A stretch of 64,000 nt of DNA, taken from NCBI GenBank assembly GCA_964016885.1, contig OZ024743.1, positions 28,644,001 to 28,708,000 on the forward strand. Direction: 5' to 3'. Below, in pieces: positions 27,017 through 39,169 of the stretch (position 1 is its first letter; each line of letters opens with the position of its first letter). The notes beneath the pieces were generated by a model that was given only the letters and a program-made list of their open reading frames with translations, did no database searches and was not told the origin of the DNA. Both the position numbers and the translations under genes were made by a program. This DNA comes from Eledone cirrhosa. Its lineage: Eukaryota.

Positions 27017-27084
<68 letters not shown>

Positions 27085-27145
27085 CCCAAGGCTCTGATAC
27101 CATCAACACTATACACACAGAGCTGGCATATCTAAGAACTGACTA

Positions 27146-27201
27146 ACTGCCTGATGAGGTCATAGCCATTCAATGGCTATCATCGAAATATATATAGCAG
27201 T
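27146..27201 (+). ncRNA. Type I hammerhead ribozyme
   Basis: ACTGC-CTGATGA-GGTC ATAGCCAT tca ATGGCTAT CATC-GAAA-TATATA-TA-GCAGT, then AAATAAA. Confidence 0.8.
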
Positions 27202-27416
27202 AAATAAAGGATTATGAGTTCATGCAATTGACTTATGTTTCGTCGGTGTGATTATTTAAATCGTTTTTTAATTTATTTAGAGAATTGTTTGATAACCGCT
27301 TGCTCCGCTATTTTTATATTCTTCTGGTATCTCAAATTAGTACCATCGAACCACAAATATTATAAACACCTTGCATATTTCTACAAGTACATAGTGCCTG
27401 TTGAAGTATTCATCCA

Positions 27417-27455
<39 letters not shown>

Positions 27456-27460
27456 ATATT

Positions 27461-27503
<43 letters not shown>

Positions 27504-27724
27504 CATATGTATATATGTGTATATACACATATATACATATATATATATATATGTGTATATACACACACATATATATATTTATATATATAGGAAAATGTAT
27601 GACCCCGACGGCAGAGCTCAAGCCGTTTCGACGGCTATTTCTCTATTACCCTAAGTATTGAGTACTCTGGTGCGTTATGGTCCATCTGGTTCCTTATCAC
27701 AACTCCTTCGTTATATATATATCT

Positions 27725-27851
<127 letters not shown>

Positions 27852-27880
27852 AAAGAATAGAGGTGTAACACACAAGTTAT

Positions 27881-28226
27881 TATATATTGGTAAACGGAAT
27901 AGAAAATACTGACAAATTGTTCACAGTGAAAAATAGTTTAATTAGGAATAAATGAGAATTAGTAATTGTATTGGTTAGTATTCAGTTTTGGTTTTAAGTT
28001 TTACCGGTTGCGCATTTCCGTGATGTTTGCTCCGATCAGAGCAAACAGCACGGACGCTCTATCTCAAAATTATTTTTGAAAGGCATTTAGAAATGCGCAA
28101 CTGTAAAACTTAAAACCAAAACTGAATACTAACCAATACAATTGCTAATTCTCATTTATTCCTAATTAAACTATTTTTCACTGTGAACAATTTGTCAGCA
28201 TTTTCTATTCCGTTTACCAATATATA
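27881..28226. repeat. Foldback: ~138-bp inverted arms with a ~70-bp spacer
   Basis: TATATTGGTAAACGGAATAGAAAAT...TTGCGCATTTC versus GAAATGCGCAA...ATTTTCTATTCCGTTTACCAATATA. Confidence 0.9.
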
Positions 28227-28387
28227 TATATATATTTATATATATATTTACTATATGTTGGTTGTTTACCGACACCTAAGTATGCAGATTGGAGCACTCG
28301 ACGAGTTACGCAGGTTGGTTTGGTTACTCCGTAAAATAAAATAATTAAGTCAAATATTTAAAATTTGGCTTCGTTTATTAAAGATAT

Positions 28388-28442
28388 ACTGCTATATATA
28401 TTTCGGTGACACCCATCATTGGCTGTGACCTCTTCAGGCAGT
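28388..28442 (-). ncRNA. Type I hammerhead ribozyme, same family as 27146
   Basis: Minus: ACTGC-CTGAAGA-GGTC ACAGCCA atga TGGGTGT CACC-GAAA-TATATA-TA-GCAGT. Confidence 0.78.
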
Positions 28443-29136
28443 TCGAATTGGTGTGGTAGAGACAGGTACGCATGTTGTTAAATTGTTTTACTCCGTCAAT
28501 ACTCCGATATGTCCAGCTCCTGGTTGGGTTGTTATTTCTCTGAGGAACTGGAATCATATGAATTCGAACAAACGAATTTCGGCCTCATAGGACACTCTCT
28601 CCTCCCATTGGTCAGTTGTGAGAACATTCCTCAGTCAAAAGTCTATAGAAATCTTTTTCTAGGGCAAGAAAATCTGTTGTGGTTGTTTTTGTTAAGTACA
28701 GCTGACCTCCTCCCTTGTGTTTATTGGTGTTAGGGGGTTAGCTGGCAGGTCGGCCTTAGTTCTACTGCTGCTCTCTTTAGAAGAATGAGTGTGTGTGGGT
28801 TGGCATCTATCCTACTACCCTTTCATGTGGTGGGGGTGCCAAACAGATAATTAAATAAGATAAAGTAAAATGAAGAAATAAAATATTAAAAAAGAAAAAA
28901 AATGAAAAAAATAATAAAATAATAAGATAAGATACAATAAAATGAAGAAGTAAAAAAATAAATAAATAAATAAAATAGAATAAAATGCGTGTTTGTTATA
29001 GCCAATATCAAATATCAAAGAAGAATAAAGTGCGTGTGTGTTATAGCCAATATTAAAGTTTGAAAGATTTGGAAAATATTGACTAAAGTAGAAAGGCTAT
29101 GTGTCAGAATCGGGAAATGCAAAGGATTACGATCTT

Positions 29137-31125
29137 TACCGCCCAATAGCCTGCCAAAACATCATGTATAAATTATATACTGGGTGCCTTAACCTGTTCT
29201 TACAGGATCACTGTGCTACCAACAACATCATAACACCTGAGCAAGCTGGTGGAAAGAGGGAGTGTGGGGTTGCATAGATCACCTACTAACTAATAAAATG
29301 ATTCAAGAAAAAACAACAAAGAATCGCAGAAACATGACTGTGGTGTGGCTGGACTATCAAAAAGCATTTGATAGTGTACCTCATGGGTGGATTGTTAAGG
29401 CTTTACAGTTAGCCAAAGTCCCACAACCACTGGTAGCTGCTGTTGAACGTCTGACCAAGAACTGGTACACCAATTTTATCCTTAGAGGTGAGAAGGAGCA
29501 AGTTAAGACTGATAGGATACATTACCAGAAGGGCATCTTTCAGGGTGATAGCTTGTCAGTGCTACTCTTCGTTCTCTCACTAAATCCACTATCTTACCTC
29601 CTTAGGAAACAAGGTGGACAAAGAAGTGGGTCCAGAAGTATCTCCCATCTTTTCTTTGTTGATGACCTGAAGTTGTATGGGCCAAATATCAATGACATCA
29701 AGAAACAATTGGACCTCATTACACAATTTTCAACAGACATCAAAATGAAATTTGGTGAGTCCAAGTGTGCATATTTGGCAGTAAAACGTGGAAGAGCTGT
29801 GCCCTCCTCTAGAAATCTAGAGATGAACGGCCTGACAATACAACCTCTACAGTCAGGTGACAACTACAGATATCTTGGACAAGATGAGAATGTCAGATAT
29901 GATGGACCCATAAATAAGGAGAGAACCAGAATTGAATACCTCAGAAGAGTAAAAAAAATATGGTCATCAGAACTGTCAGCGTACAACAGATACATTGCCC
30001 ACAATACTTATGCTGTGCCAATTCTAACGCCAACATTTGGCCTGCTGAACTGATCATTGCAAGAACCAAGTGAGATGGATGTTAGAACTCGCAAACTTCT
30101 CAGTGTTTCTGGGAACTTTAACATCAATGGTGATGTGGATAGGCTATACTTCTCACGTAAGGAAGGTGGCCGGGGTCTAAAATCCATATTTAACATCATA
30201 TGAGACCCGGATAGTAACACTGCAGCAACACCTTCAACAGAGGAAAAAGGTTGGCAACCATCTTGTCCAGGTTTATGAGCATGAAAAAAAATATATCATT
30301 AGAATAGCCACTGATCTGGAGGAGAGATATGGAATAAAGCCTGATATAAATCTCTCACCCAGACAAGTTTATGACATCACACCTTGAGGGATATCTCTAT
30401 GCAATACAGCAACAAGAACTCCCTACCAAATATCTGCTGCACAAAAGGGGAGGGCCATCCGCTGACAATAAATGTAGGCTATGTAAAACAAAGATCGAGG
30501 ATGTAAGCCACATTGTTGCCAGCTGCGAAAGAATGTCATCTCGCTACTACCTCCCCATGAGACACGATGGGATAGCTAGAACCATCTGGAACGCACTTCG
30601 GAAAACAAAATTAACAACAAACGAGGAAGAATATATTGAGACAGATGGCACTAAGGAATACTGGTGGAACCTGAAAATAAAAACTGCCACCAAATTAAAG
30701 CACAACCGGCCTGATATTGTTGTTTGGGACCACACATTGAAAACGTGTTCTGTTGTGGAGATCAGCTGCCCACTTGATGTAAACATTGTCAGAAAAATAC
30801 AGGAGAAGGAGGACATCTACGGACCATTGATGAGGAGTTTACAAATCCAGTATCCAAGATACACCTTTAGATTCACACCCATCATTATTGGAGCTACGGG
30901 TTATATACCAACCCGTTTGGACCAAAGTATGACTGAACTTGGATTTGCGGACAAAGAGCGCAGCTCCCTAATTCATAGTCTACAAATGGCTGCGATAGCT
31001 GGCTACTTCAAAATTTGCAAAACATTCTTGCGATTCAAGGGATGACGATTTCTTTTCTTTTACAACCTTGCCACCAAGAAGGTGGCCGGTCAAAAAAATA
31101 TACTCGAAATTAAGAGAAAGAGATA

Positions 31126-31126
<1 letters not shown>
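29137..31126 (+). mobile_element. R4/Dong-clade LINE, 5'-truncated, with an internal deletion
   Basis: YRPIACQN, WLDYQKAFDSVPH, GIFQGDSLS, FFVDDLKLY, GGRGL; CRLC..HIVASC..RHD and RPDIVVWD..VEISCP (CCHC + RLE). The 3' end runs into (CATA)n. Confidence 0.93.
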
Positions 31127-31152
<26 letters not shown>

Positions 31153-31157
<5 letters not shown>

Positions 31158-31790
31158 GGTGGCTGCCAACTCGTTTTCGAGTACGGCCACTACTTTACAT
31201 CCATGTAGGATAACCCCTACCGAAGCGCTGAACGAGTGTGACTTTTTAGTCCAGCCAGCGACTTGAAACCTCTGGTACAAACACTACACCTGTGACAATC
31301 ATTGACACATAGTGCTAGGCCCATGGTAGGACAATTATTGACACATAGTGCTGGGCCCATGTGAGGACAAGTGCAGAGAGATCTCCAGATATAAAGCAAT
31401 GCCTGTGCCGTGAAGCTTTTATAGTGAGCAAAGGCACTGCACAAAGCCAGTCCCACTCTCTTAACCAAGATGCTATTTACCAAAAAGAAGAACAAGTCAA
31501 CATCATTGGATACCATCAGGGTTGCAGGTGTTATATCAGAGTTTTCCTTCTCCTAGAATTCTGCCTTGACTAAGGCTAAAGGGGTCATCTCTCCCGGTGA
31601 TTTTGGATGGCCATTGACTCTTAAGAGCTCCTTTGCCCTTTGACAGGTTTTGTTTTTAGTCCTGCAGGATGTCCAAAGTCACCCTCCTCACCAAGAAACC
31701 TTGGTGGGGTTGCCAGTTTAGTCGCCAACGACCCGACCATGAGACAGGTTGTACTGGGATACATGTTACCAGTAGCACCAACTGGTGACC
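31153..31790 (-). mobile_element. Non-autonomous ~635-bp RTE derivative (5'-UTR joined to 3' end), copy 1
   Basis: RTE-type 5'-UTR motif CTAGGAGAAGGAAAACTCTGA. The 3' part encodes CSVCTRGFKSLAGLKSH and ends GGCCGTACTCG..GGCAGCCACCAT(ATGT)n, like the RTE end at 41560. Second copy at 63063. Confidence 0.75.
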
Positions 31791-31825
31791 ATACATATAT
31801 ACAAACATACATACATACATACATA

Positions 31826-31870
31826 CATGATGATGGCTTCCCTCTCGTTATCGAGTATGGCCATTGCACA
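31826..31870 (-). mobile_element. RTE 3'-end stub
   Basis: Minus GTGCAATGGCCATACTCGATAACGAGAGGGAAGCCATCAT(ATGT)n, nearly identical to 41555-41594. Confidence 0.75.
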
Positions 31871-33199
31871 ATATAACATTATTAATAATTATCAATTAAT
31901 GCTATCGTGTATTGACTGTGCACTGAGCCAATCCCACTCTCTGAGCGACAGTAGCTATGACCCGAAAAGAAGAAAAGATCAACATCATCGGTAACTACTG
32001 AACCGCAGGTTTTATGTCGGAGTTATCCCAGTTTCCTGAGTTGCCTTCTCCTTGTGAAGAGATTCGAAATATCGTCGATTTCACGTAGAGTATTTCGAAG
32101 TAAAACTCTCTACATTTTTGTTTTAGATTTTTTTTTAATTTCCAATATAACCTTTTCAATATTGTAAAAATATATAGATTCAAATAAATTTTTGAATTCT
32201 ATTGATTATCATTTGTTTTGTTATCGAATTGTGAAAGGAAAATATATCAATAAACATATAAATGTTTTTCTTTCCAATATTTATCACAATTTAGGTTCAA
32301 GTAGTATGTTATCGCTTTTATATTGTTAATCTTATTGAACAATGGCTATACTACAGGGATTAAGTTGTTATAATTATACCTATTCTGGTCACACAAATGT
32401 TCTCTATATACATACCATTAAAATGGCCATATAATACATAATACTACTTTAATTTGATCTAAATTAATCATTTTCAATTTAAATCAACTGTTATTTTTAA
32501 ACCAATATTGAAACTTAAAACCCAGAATTTAAGCGATATATTTAAATAATCATTAAATTTATCGGATGTGTCTTTGTTCAAATCTACAGGGAGTGCTGAA
32601 TGGTCCTGATTTATGGCTCTGTGATTACGAATTTAACAGGTTTCCCTCGCTATCACGAGTTTCCGAGTGTGATTCATCATATTAATTAGCGTATTGAGTA
32701 GCTGTCTTCTTCCATATCATCGCGTTCACCAATGCCTATGAGTAAAATTAGGCAAGCAGATATTGTGGACGCGGTCAAATGAGTTATATGCTGTAAGTTA
32801 AAGATCCAGGCTTGGAACATATTGTATCACGATTGTTCTAGCTGAGGGTTTATTAAGGTTATGTAGAATACTCAGCAACTTTCACGTTGGTTGGTGGAAC
32901 AAGTGAATGCTCATAGGTCGGAAGATCCATTACACACACTTTCACATGAATGTTGCTGTTGAATATCGACTAGTTACGTACGTTCCAGAGTTGTTTGGTT
33001 CAAGGTCCATATCTATGATATAGACTCGATTCAAGCATCAATGTGCTTACCAGACTTGTTAATCATTGATTAAAATGAACATAACGAAATACCGGAAAGT
33101 ATTGTCTGATACTTTAGCGATTTAGTCATTTAGTGTAGCACAAATCACTCATTTTGTTGTTTGTGTGAGGCCACATTCGATTAAATTGGTTGTTGTAGA

Positions 33200-33925
33200 T
33201 TAGTATTTGACTGGTACTCTATTTTATTTCTGAAGGATAAAAGGCACAATATGACTCGATGTAATTCGAATATTGAACATAAAGAGCCGTAACTTAATAC
33301 CGCAAATTATAATCTGGGACCTCTACAGCTTCTGAAAATCTGCCCCCCCCCCTCTCTCTCTCTTTTACATTTAAGGATAACAGTTTCTCATAACAGCGTA
33401 ATTGTTACGCTTGAAAGAAAAGAGCGGGCCAAGGAACCTGTGTCTGACAGCTCACACCTATGCAGGTTTAGCTGGCCTCCTCCAAGGTATATCTCGTTGG
33501 AGGTGTCTTAGGTGATTTAATGATAGGGACCCCAGTCCTATCATTTCATTTCTACAGCTGAGTAAACTGGAGCAACGTGAAATAAAGTGTCTTGTTCAAG
33601 GAAACAACACATCACCCGGTCCGAGAATTGAACTCACAACCTTTAGATTGCAAGCCCAATGCTCTAACCACTAAGCCTTGCACCTTCATGGCAGAAGCAT
33701 CGCTGTTCTTCTTGTGGCAGAGGCGGGAACAAATATCACAAAGCAACCCATCCGAATCTTTAACAATTCCAACAAACCACCCTTAACTAATACTTTTTTT
33801 CATCAACCGCAAAAGAAAGAAGAGCAAAGTAGAGCTCGGCGGGATTTGATCTCAGAAATCATATGTACATAACTAAATACAGTGATGCAAATCCTTTCAT
33901 CCGGAACTCTACCGACTTCGCCACC
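33200..33925 (-). mobile_element. Cluster of decayed SINEs (family A ~33200-33340 and ~33820-33925; family B ~33540-33690)
   Basis: AAGGATAAAAGGCA; ACTGGAGCAACGTGAAATAAAGTGTCTTGTTCAAG; CTCGGCGGGATTTGATCTCAG. Confidence 0.6.
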
Positions 33926-35009
33926 CAACACACCACCCTATGTAATTGTAATAAAACAAAATTAGAAAGCAGTAATAGAAAACCAACATCTAATTAACAT
34001 TTAGTTAAAAGCTATTAGTAGAGATTTAATTCTTGAATATTCCTCTCACACACCTATCAGTGTGTACAGTAAATATTTCCTCTGTAATTATTTGTTTGCT
34101 ATCTCTAACTGAATGACCTGCTAAATTAATGATAAAACACTAATACTTATATATATAATATAGGTCAACTATCATGATTGACGATAAATCCTCTTGAAGA
34201 TATTTTATTTTCATCAGGCAATAAGTAAAATCTGTGACTTGTCAAATTGATCTTCTTATATATACTAATTGACTTATGTTGTTGATGTCCTATATTCTCC
34301 GTCGGTGTTGACGATGAGCATTCAGTTGTTCGATCAACTGAATTACTACTCGTGAAATTATCATCCCAATAGCTAAGTGTTCTACTGGCAAATCTACCCT
34401 TAACACAATTCTCGGTCTGAATCAGCGTTATACAAAGACCTGGAGAGAGAGTGTGTGAGAGAGAGAGAGAAAGTCTGACAGACAGACAGTCAAGCAGAAA
34501 GGGGGATAGAGAGAGTGAGTGAGAGAGTGAGAAATAAAAAGATAGGGAGAAAGGGATCGAAATTAGTACTAGACTGATAGTGTATTTGAACTAAGGGCGC
34601 AGACATCTGGATCGAATACCGCAATGCTTTCTATCCAACACTATAATGATACTACTATTTGACTTCTCTTTGGTTAACGAGAAAAAAGTAATGTTTGCCG
34701 TTAAATGTTTTTAATGCTTGGCCTAATTGCTTCACGAAACGATAAAATTTCCAATGTAATATTGTCATTAAATAGGGTAAAGACTATCAATTACTGTTGA
34801 ACTAGAGGTAAATTTCAGTAAGTCGTGATCGCGACACCTTTTTAATCCACTGATAAAACTAACCCAGTTAATTGACAGCCACACATTATATTTGCTGACC
34901 GCTAACATAAAGGTCACATGTGTATTTGTAGAGAAAATATCAAAAAAACGTATCATTTGGTAAAGTGTTGTAAATTACAAAAGTTATTCATAGATTTTAG
35001 GGAAAGTAG

Positions 35010-35600
35010 TGATCAGGGGTTAGTGTGTTTGACGATAATAGTGTCGTCGTTTCGATTCCTGGACTGGGTTGTGTGCTGAATTCTTGAGCTTCATTTCTTG
35101 AACTTAATTTCATGCTGCTCCAGTATACTCAGCAGCAATGGACTGACGTCGTGTCAGGGGATGAGTCTTCTACTCTCAGTCGCTTAACACCAAGGAAACC
35201 AAGGAAACTGGAATGAGCACTAACCTAATGAACCTCATTGAGACAAACTTTAGACAATTTCTTTATACATATTTTTGAAATGATTCGGTGAGTTATATAT
35301 TTACTTTCATAATTGATTGATCTTGATCTCGAATTATCTGCAAGTGTCTCAATATTTCTACAGAAAACTTCATTTTCCACCTCATATTTTACTTAGCTGA
35401 CATAAACATGTGTTAGATGTTTCTACTGTGTTACTTGCAATGATGTTTCGTTTAAGTCCAGTAATTTAATGGTTCGACATGAATAGATCGATAAGATAAT
35501 TTCCAGACATGAAAGAATAAGTGCCGTATTGATAACAAACTAAATCCCTTCAAGGTGATTTCACAGCATGGCGCAGTCTAATGTCTGAAACAAATAAAAA
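35010..35600 (+). mobile_element. Decayed SINE family B (35010-35250) and 3' part of family C (35470-35600)
   Basis: TTCGATTCC box and TGCTCCAGT; CCTTCAAGG..CAGCATGG..CAGTC..CTGAAACAA. Confidence 0.5.
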
Positions 35601-35945
35601 ATAGTAGAATATCCCTATTAAATATAGGTTACTTTCGCTTCCTCATAACCTCATGAAATTGGTGGTATAGCACACAGAGCCAACTGATCTTATGTATTTT
35701 AAAGATATTTGAATACTTAGCAAAAGTTAAAACCAACATACCTCTTCCGAAATATGATTTATACAGTAATTATAATATACAATAACTAACAATAGTAGGG
35801 AACAGCATTACATCATTTAAAGTATTTGTCAAAGTTTCGGATGGATTATTTAAAAAGTAAAAAGCCTAAGAAACGTGGTATGTGTTACTACGGTGCGTCT
35901 ACGATTTCTTCAAGAATTATATATATATATATATAAAGAGAGAAG

Positions 35946-36017
<72 letters not shown>

Positions 36018-36192
36018 TGAAAACATATCGACAGTCGATCGACTTTCGTCAAATCGGACCGAGGAAACAATGATTCCATTGGTCTTTACAATTGCTAATA
36101 CTATGTATAGGTCGCAAGTCCATTTGAGAACATATGTAATACGTTTATCTATCTATATATTAATTACAACAACATATATATTATTACAACAA

Positions 36193-36380
36193 GGGCGGTG
36201 AATTGGTAGTATCGGTAGAGGGTTGGACGCCATGCTTTCTAGCATAGTTACGTCCCTTTACAGTCTGAGTTCAAATCCCGCCGAGGTTAACTTTGCCTTT
36301 CATCCTTACGGGGTCGATAAAATAAAGTACCAGTAATGTACTGGGTAATTGCTGGCCTTGTGCCAAATGTAGAAACAATA
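36193..36380 (+). mobile_element. SINE family A
   Basis: Full head-core-tail match to the family. Confidence 0.88.
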
Positions 36381-37209
36381 TATATTAATTACAACAACGT
36401 CAGTATTCCGTGTGTCATAATTCTCGATTATCATTGGTTCATAGGTTTCAAACGACTCCGACCACCTCAACGACGCCAAACTTAAATTAATACGCATAAT
36501 GCCAATGAGGGAATGAGAGGGGAGAGTAAGAAACATAGAGGCAAAGTGAACGCTGTAACTATTACCATGTGTGCGTGTGTATGTACGTGCGCGTATGTTT
36601 TTGTGTGTGCGTGGGTGCAGCGTTCCACAGAAAGTAAAAATTATCAACATCTGTGAGTGTGTAAGTGCACGGGTGCGTATGTGTGCGCGTTTCCATGCGT
36701 GTATGTGTGTGTACGTGGGGCGTTCCACAATCGCCACGCATTTTATCTTTCTGTGTGCCTGTCTGTCAGTCTAACATACACAGAGTTGTGAAGGGAGTAA
36801 ATAGGGACTTTTTTACATTGACAGACATCTTTTATATTAATTATCTATATCTACATATAATATAAAAGATTGGAACTTCCATCATCCTTTTGAGAAACGT
36901 GGAACAACCACGGCTATGCAGTGATACACGTTTTACAGTCAGGCAGAAGATGAACCATCTCCTAGAGGTCACTATTCTAGGTGGAAGCACCTAGAATTGT
37001 TCATATACTATGCACAAACGGTACAACGAAGAATCTGGTATACCTGGAAGATTTTTTTTTTACTGTTTTCTTTATCGCACAGACACCACGGACTCGCCTC
37101 ATACTGTAACCAGACAAACATCCAATACAGTCATTTTCTCTTTTACCTGTCTTCTCTTATCATCTGTTTACCCGGACGAAGCTGGGTACGTCAACTAGTA
37201 TATATAAAA

Positions 37210-37375
37210 CTGAGGATGTCTGTCAGGTTTTGATTTTTGTCCTGCAGGGTGTCCAAAATCACCCTCCTCGCCAAGTAAACTTGGTGGGGTTGCCGGTTTA
37301 GTCGCCGACGACCCGACCATGTGACAGGTTGTACTGGGCTACATTTTACCAGTAGCACTCAAGAGTGACCCGACA
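37210..37375 (-). mobile_element. Isolated RTE-type 5'-terminal fragment
   Basis: Diverged homologue of 31640-31790, abutting (ACAT)n. Confidence 0.7.
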
Positions 37376-37914
37376 TACATACATGCATACATACATATAT
37401 ACATACATACATACACACACAAATAGATATACAAACACATACAGACATACATACGTATTTACCTAGTATGTGATGTCTTAATTCCAATGAAAGTGTCTTG
37501 TCGCTATATTAGACACCGGCTTTCTCTATATTGGTGATATCGATGTGTTCGTGTGTGTGTACGTGTGTGTGTGTGCGTGTGTGTATTTGAGTGTATGTGT
37601 GTGTACGTGTGTGAATGTATCTGTGTGTAAATGAACGGAAGGGGATGGTAAAATAACTATTGCAAAACAGCGGCTCGCGTTACATTTGCTACGCTGTCTG
37701 TGAGTAAATGTTTATGTGTATGTTTGTGTAAATGTATATGTGTGTGTGTTTGTTTGAATGTATCTGTGAGTGTGTATTTTTGTAAGTGTGTTTGTGTTTG
37801 CGCATTTATATTTATATACTCATACATATAAATGTATGTATATGCATATATACACACACGCACACACACATACACATACGTGTCAGCGTGTTTTAAAAAA
37901 TCATAGTACATAAA

Positions 37915-38108
37915 ATAATTGTTTCTACTTTTGGCCCAAGGACAGTAATTATCTCAGTTCATTACTGGTACCTTATTTTATCGACCCCGTAAAGATGAAA
38001 TGCAAAGTTAACCTCGGCTGGATTTGAACTCGGACCACAAAGGACCGTAGCTCTATGCTGCAAAGCATGGCGTCCAACCCTCTACCGATACTGCCAATCC
38101 ACTGCCAT
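37915..38108 (-). mobile_element. SINE family A
   Basis: Reverse-complement family match. Confidence 0.85.
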
Positions 38109-38789
38109 AACTAATATATATCTTCATATTATACCCGATAATGTATATACACATACAAACACATACAGTATGAGTGATGATATCATAAAGATAAATGATA
38201 TCATCCAAAGCAAACAACGAAATTGGTGCTGGTATCGAAGAGTCAAAGACGAATCGACCAATGAGAAAACGAGATTGATATATGTGAAATAAACAACATT
38301 ACGCTGGTCATTGGTGAACAACGTACTGAGATGAAGCCAGAAATAGGTTAATGGCCGGAGCGATCAGACAAGTCAGTGACTGATACTGGTCACTTTCATA
38401 GGGGTCATGACTTAAGCTGCATTATTATGGACTAGCAGAAAAACCACCCTTTGCGTGGTTTTCTGCTAGTATGTGTAGTGTGCATATTGATATTATACGC
38501 AATATAAACATTATGGTATAACGAAGCAAATATATGAACGTTTATATAAGCAATATAATATAGCTTCCATTATATCATAACCGGAAGTATTGACATTTGA
38601 ACATTTTTAAAGAAGTGAATCTTAAAATAAGCAATCATTATATATAAGAATATTTATGTTTAATCAACAGCTATGAAATTTAGAAGATAAATTATGTAAT
38701 ATCCATTCATTATTTATTCAAAGTAATCCGACTTATTTTACTAACGGTTTAAAAAAATATATTCAGGACACAGTCCCGCACTCCTTCGG

Positions 38790-38947
38790 ATGCCTTGCTT
38801 TGACGCATAGAGTTACGGCCCTTGCCATTCTTAGTTCAAATCCCGCCGAGGTTAACTTTGCCTTTCATCCTTACGAGGTCGATAAAATAAATTACCAGTA
38901 ATGTACTGGGTAATTGCTGGCCTTGTGCCAATAGTAGAAACAATTAT
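38790..38947 (+). mobile_element. SINE family A, 5'-truncated
   Basis: Core and tail match. Confidence 0.8.
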
Positions 38948-39169
38948 GATATATATGTATGTTCTTCTGGTTTTATAATTTCTCAAATTTTTGCCAATAG
39001 AAAGAGAGTCGGTTTCTAACATAGTTACAAGACTCTCTCATTGGAATTTACTCAATGTATGTATGTATGCATGTATGTATGTATTAATGTATGTATATAA
39101 TGTATGTATGTATTAATGTATGTATGTATATAATGTATTCATGTATGTATATAATGTATGTATATAATA

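Larger units (their letters stand above)
26036..27020 (+). mobile_element. Non-coding HHR-bearing tandem repeat (retrozyme-like or PLE pseudo-LTR array) with an inverted 5' piece
   Basis: Direct repeat 26092-26560 / 26618-27020. Inverted ~56-bp pair 26036-26091 / 26561-26617. One HHR per unit. Confidence 0.75.

Noticed and set aside
32000-35000. Possible host exons in the less repetitive stretches (also ~59600-60080 and ~61950-62500)
   Set aside because: No recognisable protein motif or supported splice structure; small exons cannot be excluded without RNA data.
36193-36285. A/B-box sequences as tRNA genes
   Set aside because: They are SINE heads fused to a shared core and tail; no convincing cloverleaf.
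37255-37275. CCCTCCTCGCC resembling HDV ribozyme loop L3 on the + strand
   Set aside because: It is antisense to the element and no P3/P1 pairing could be built.
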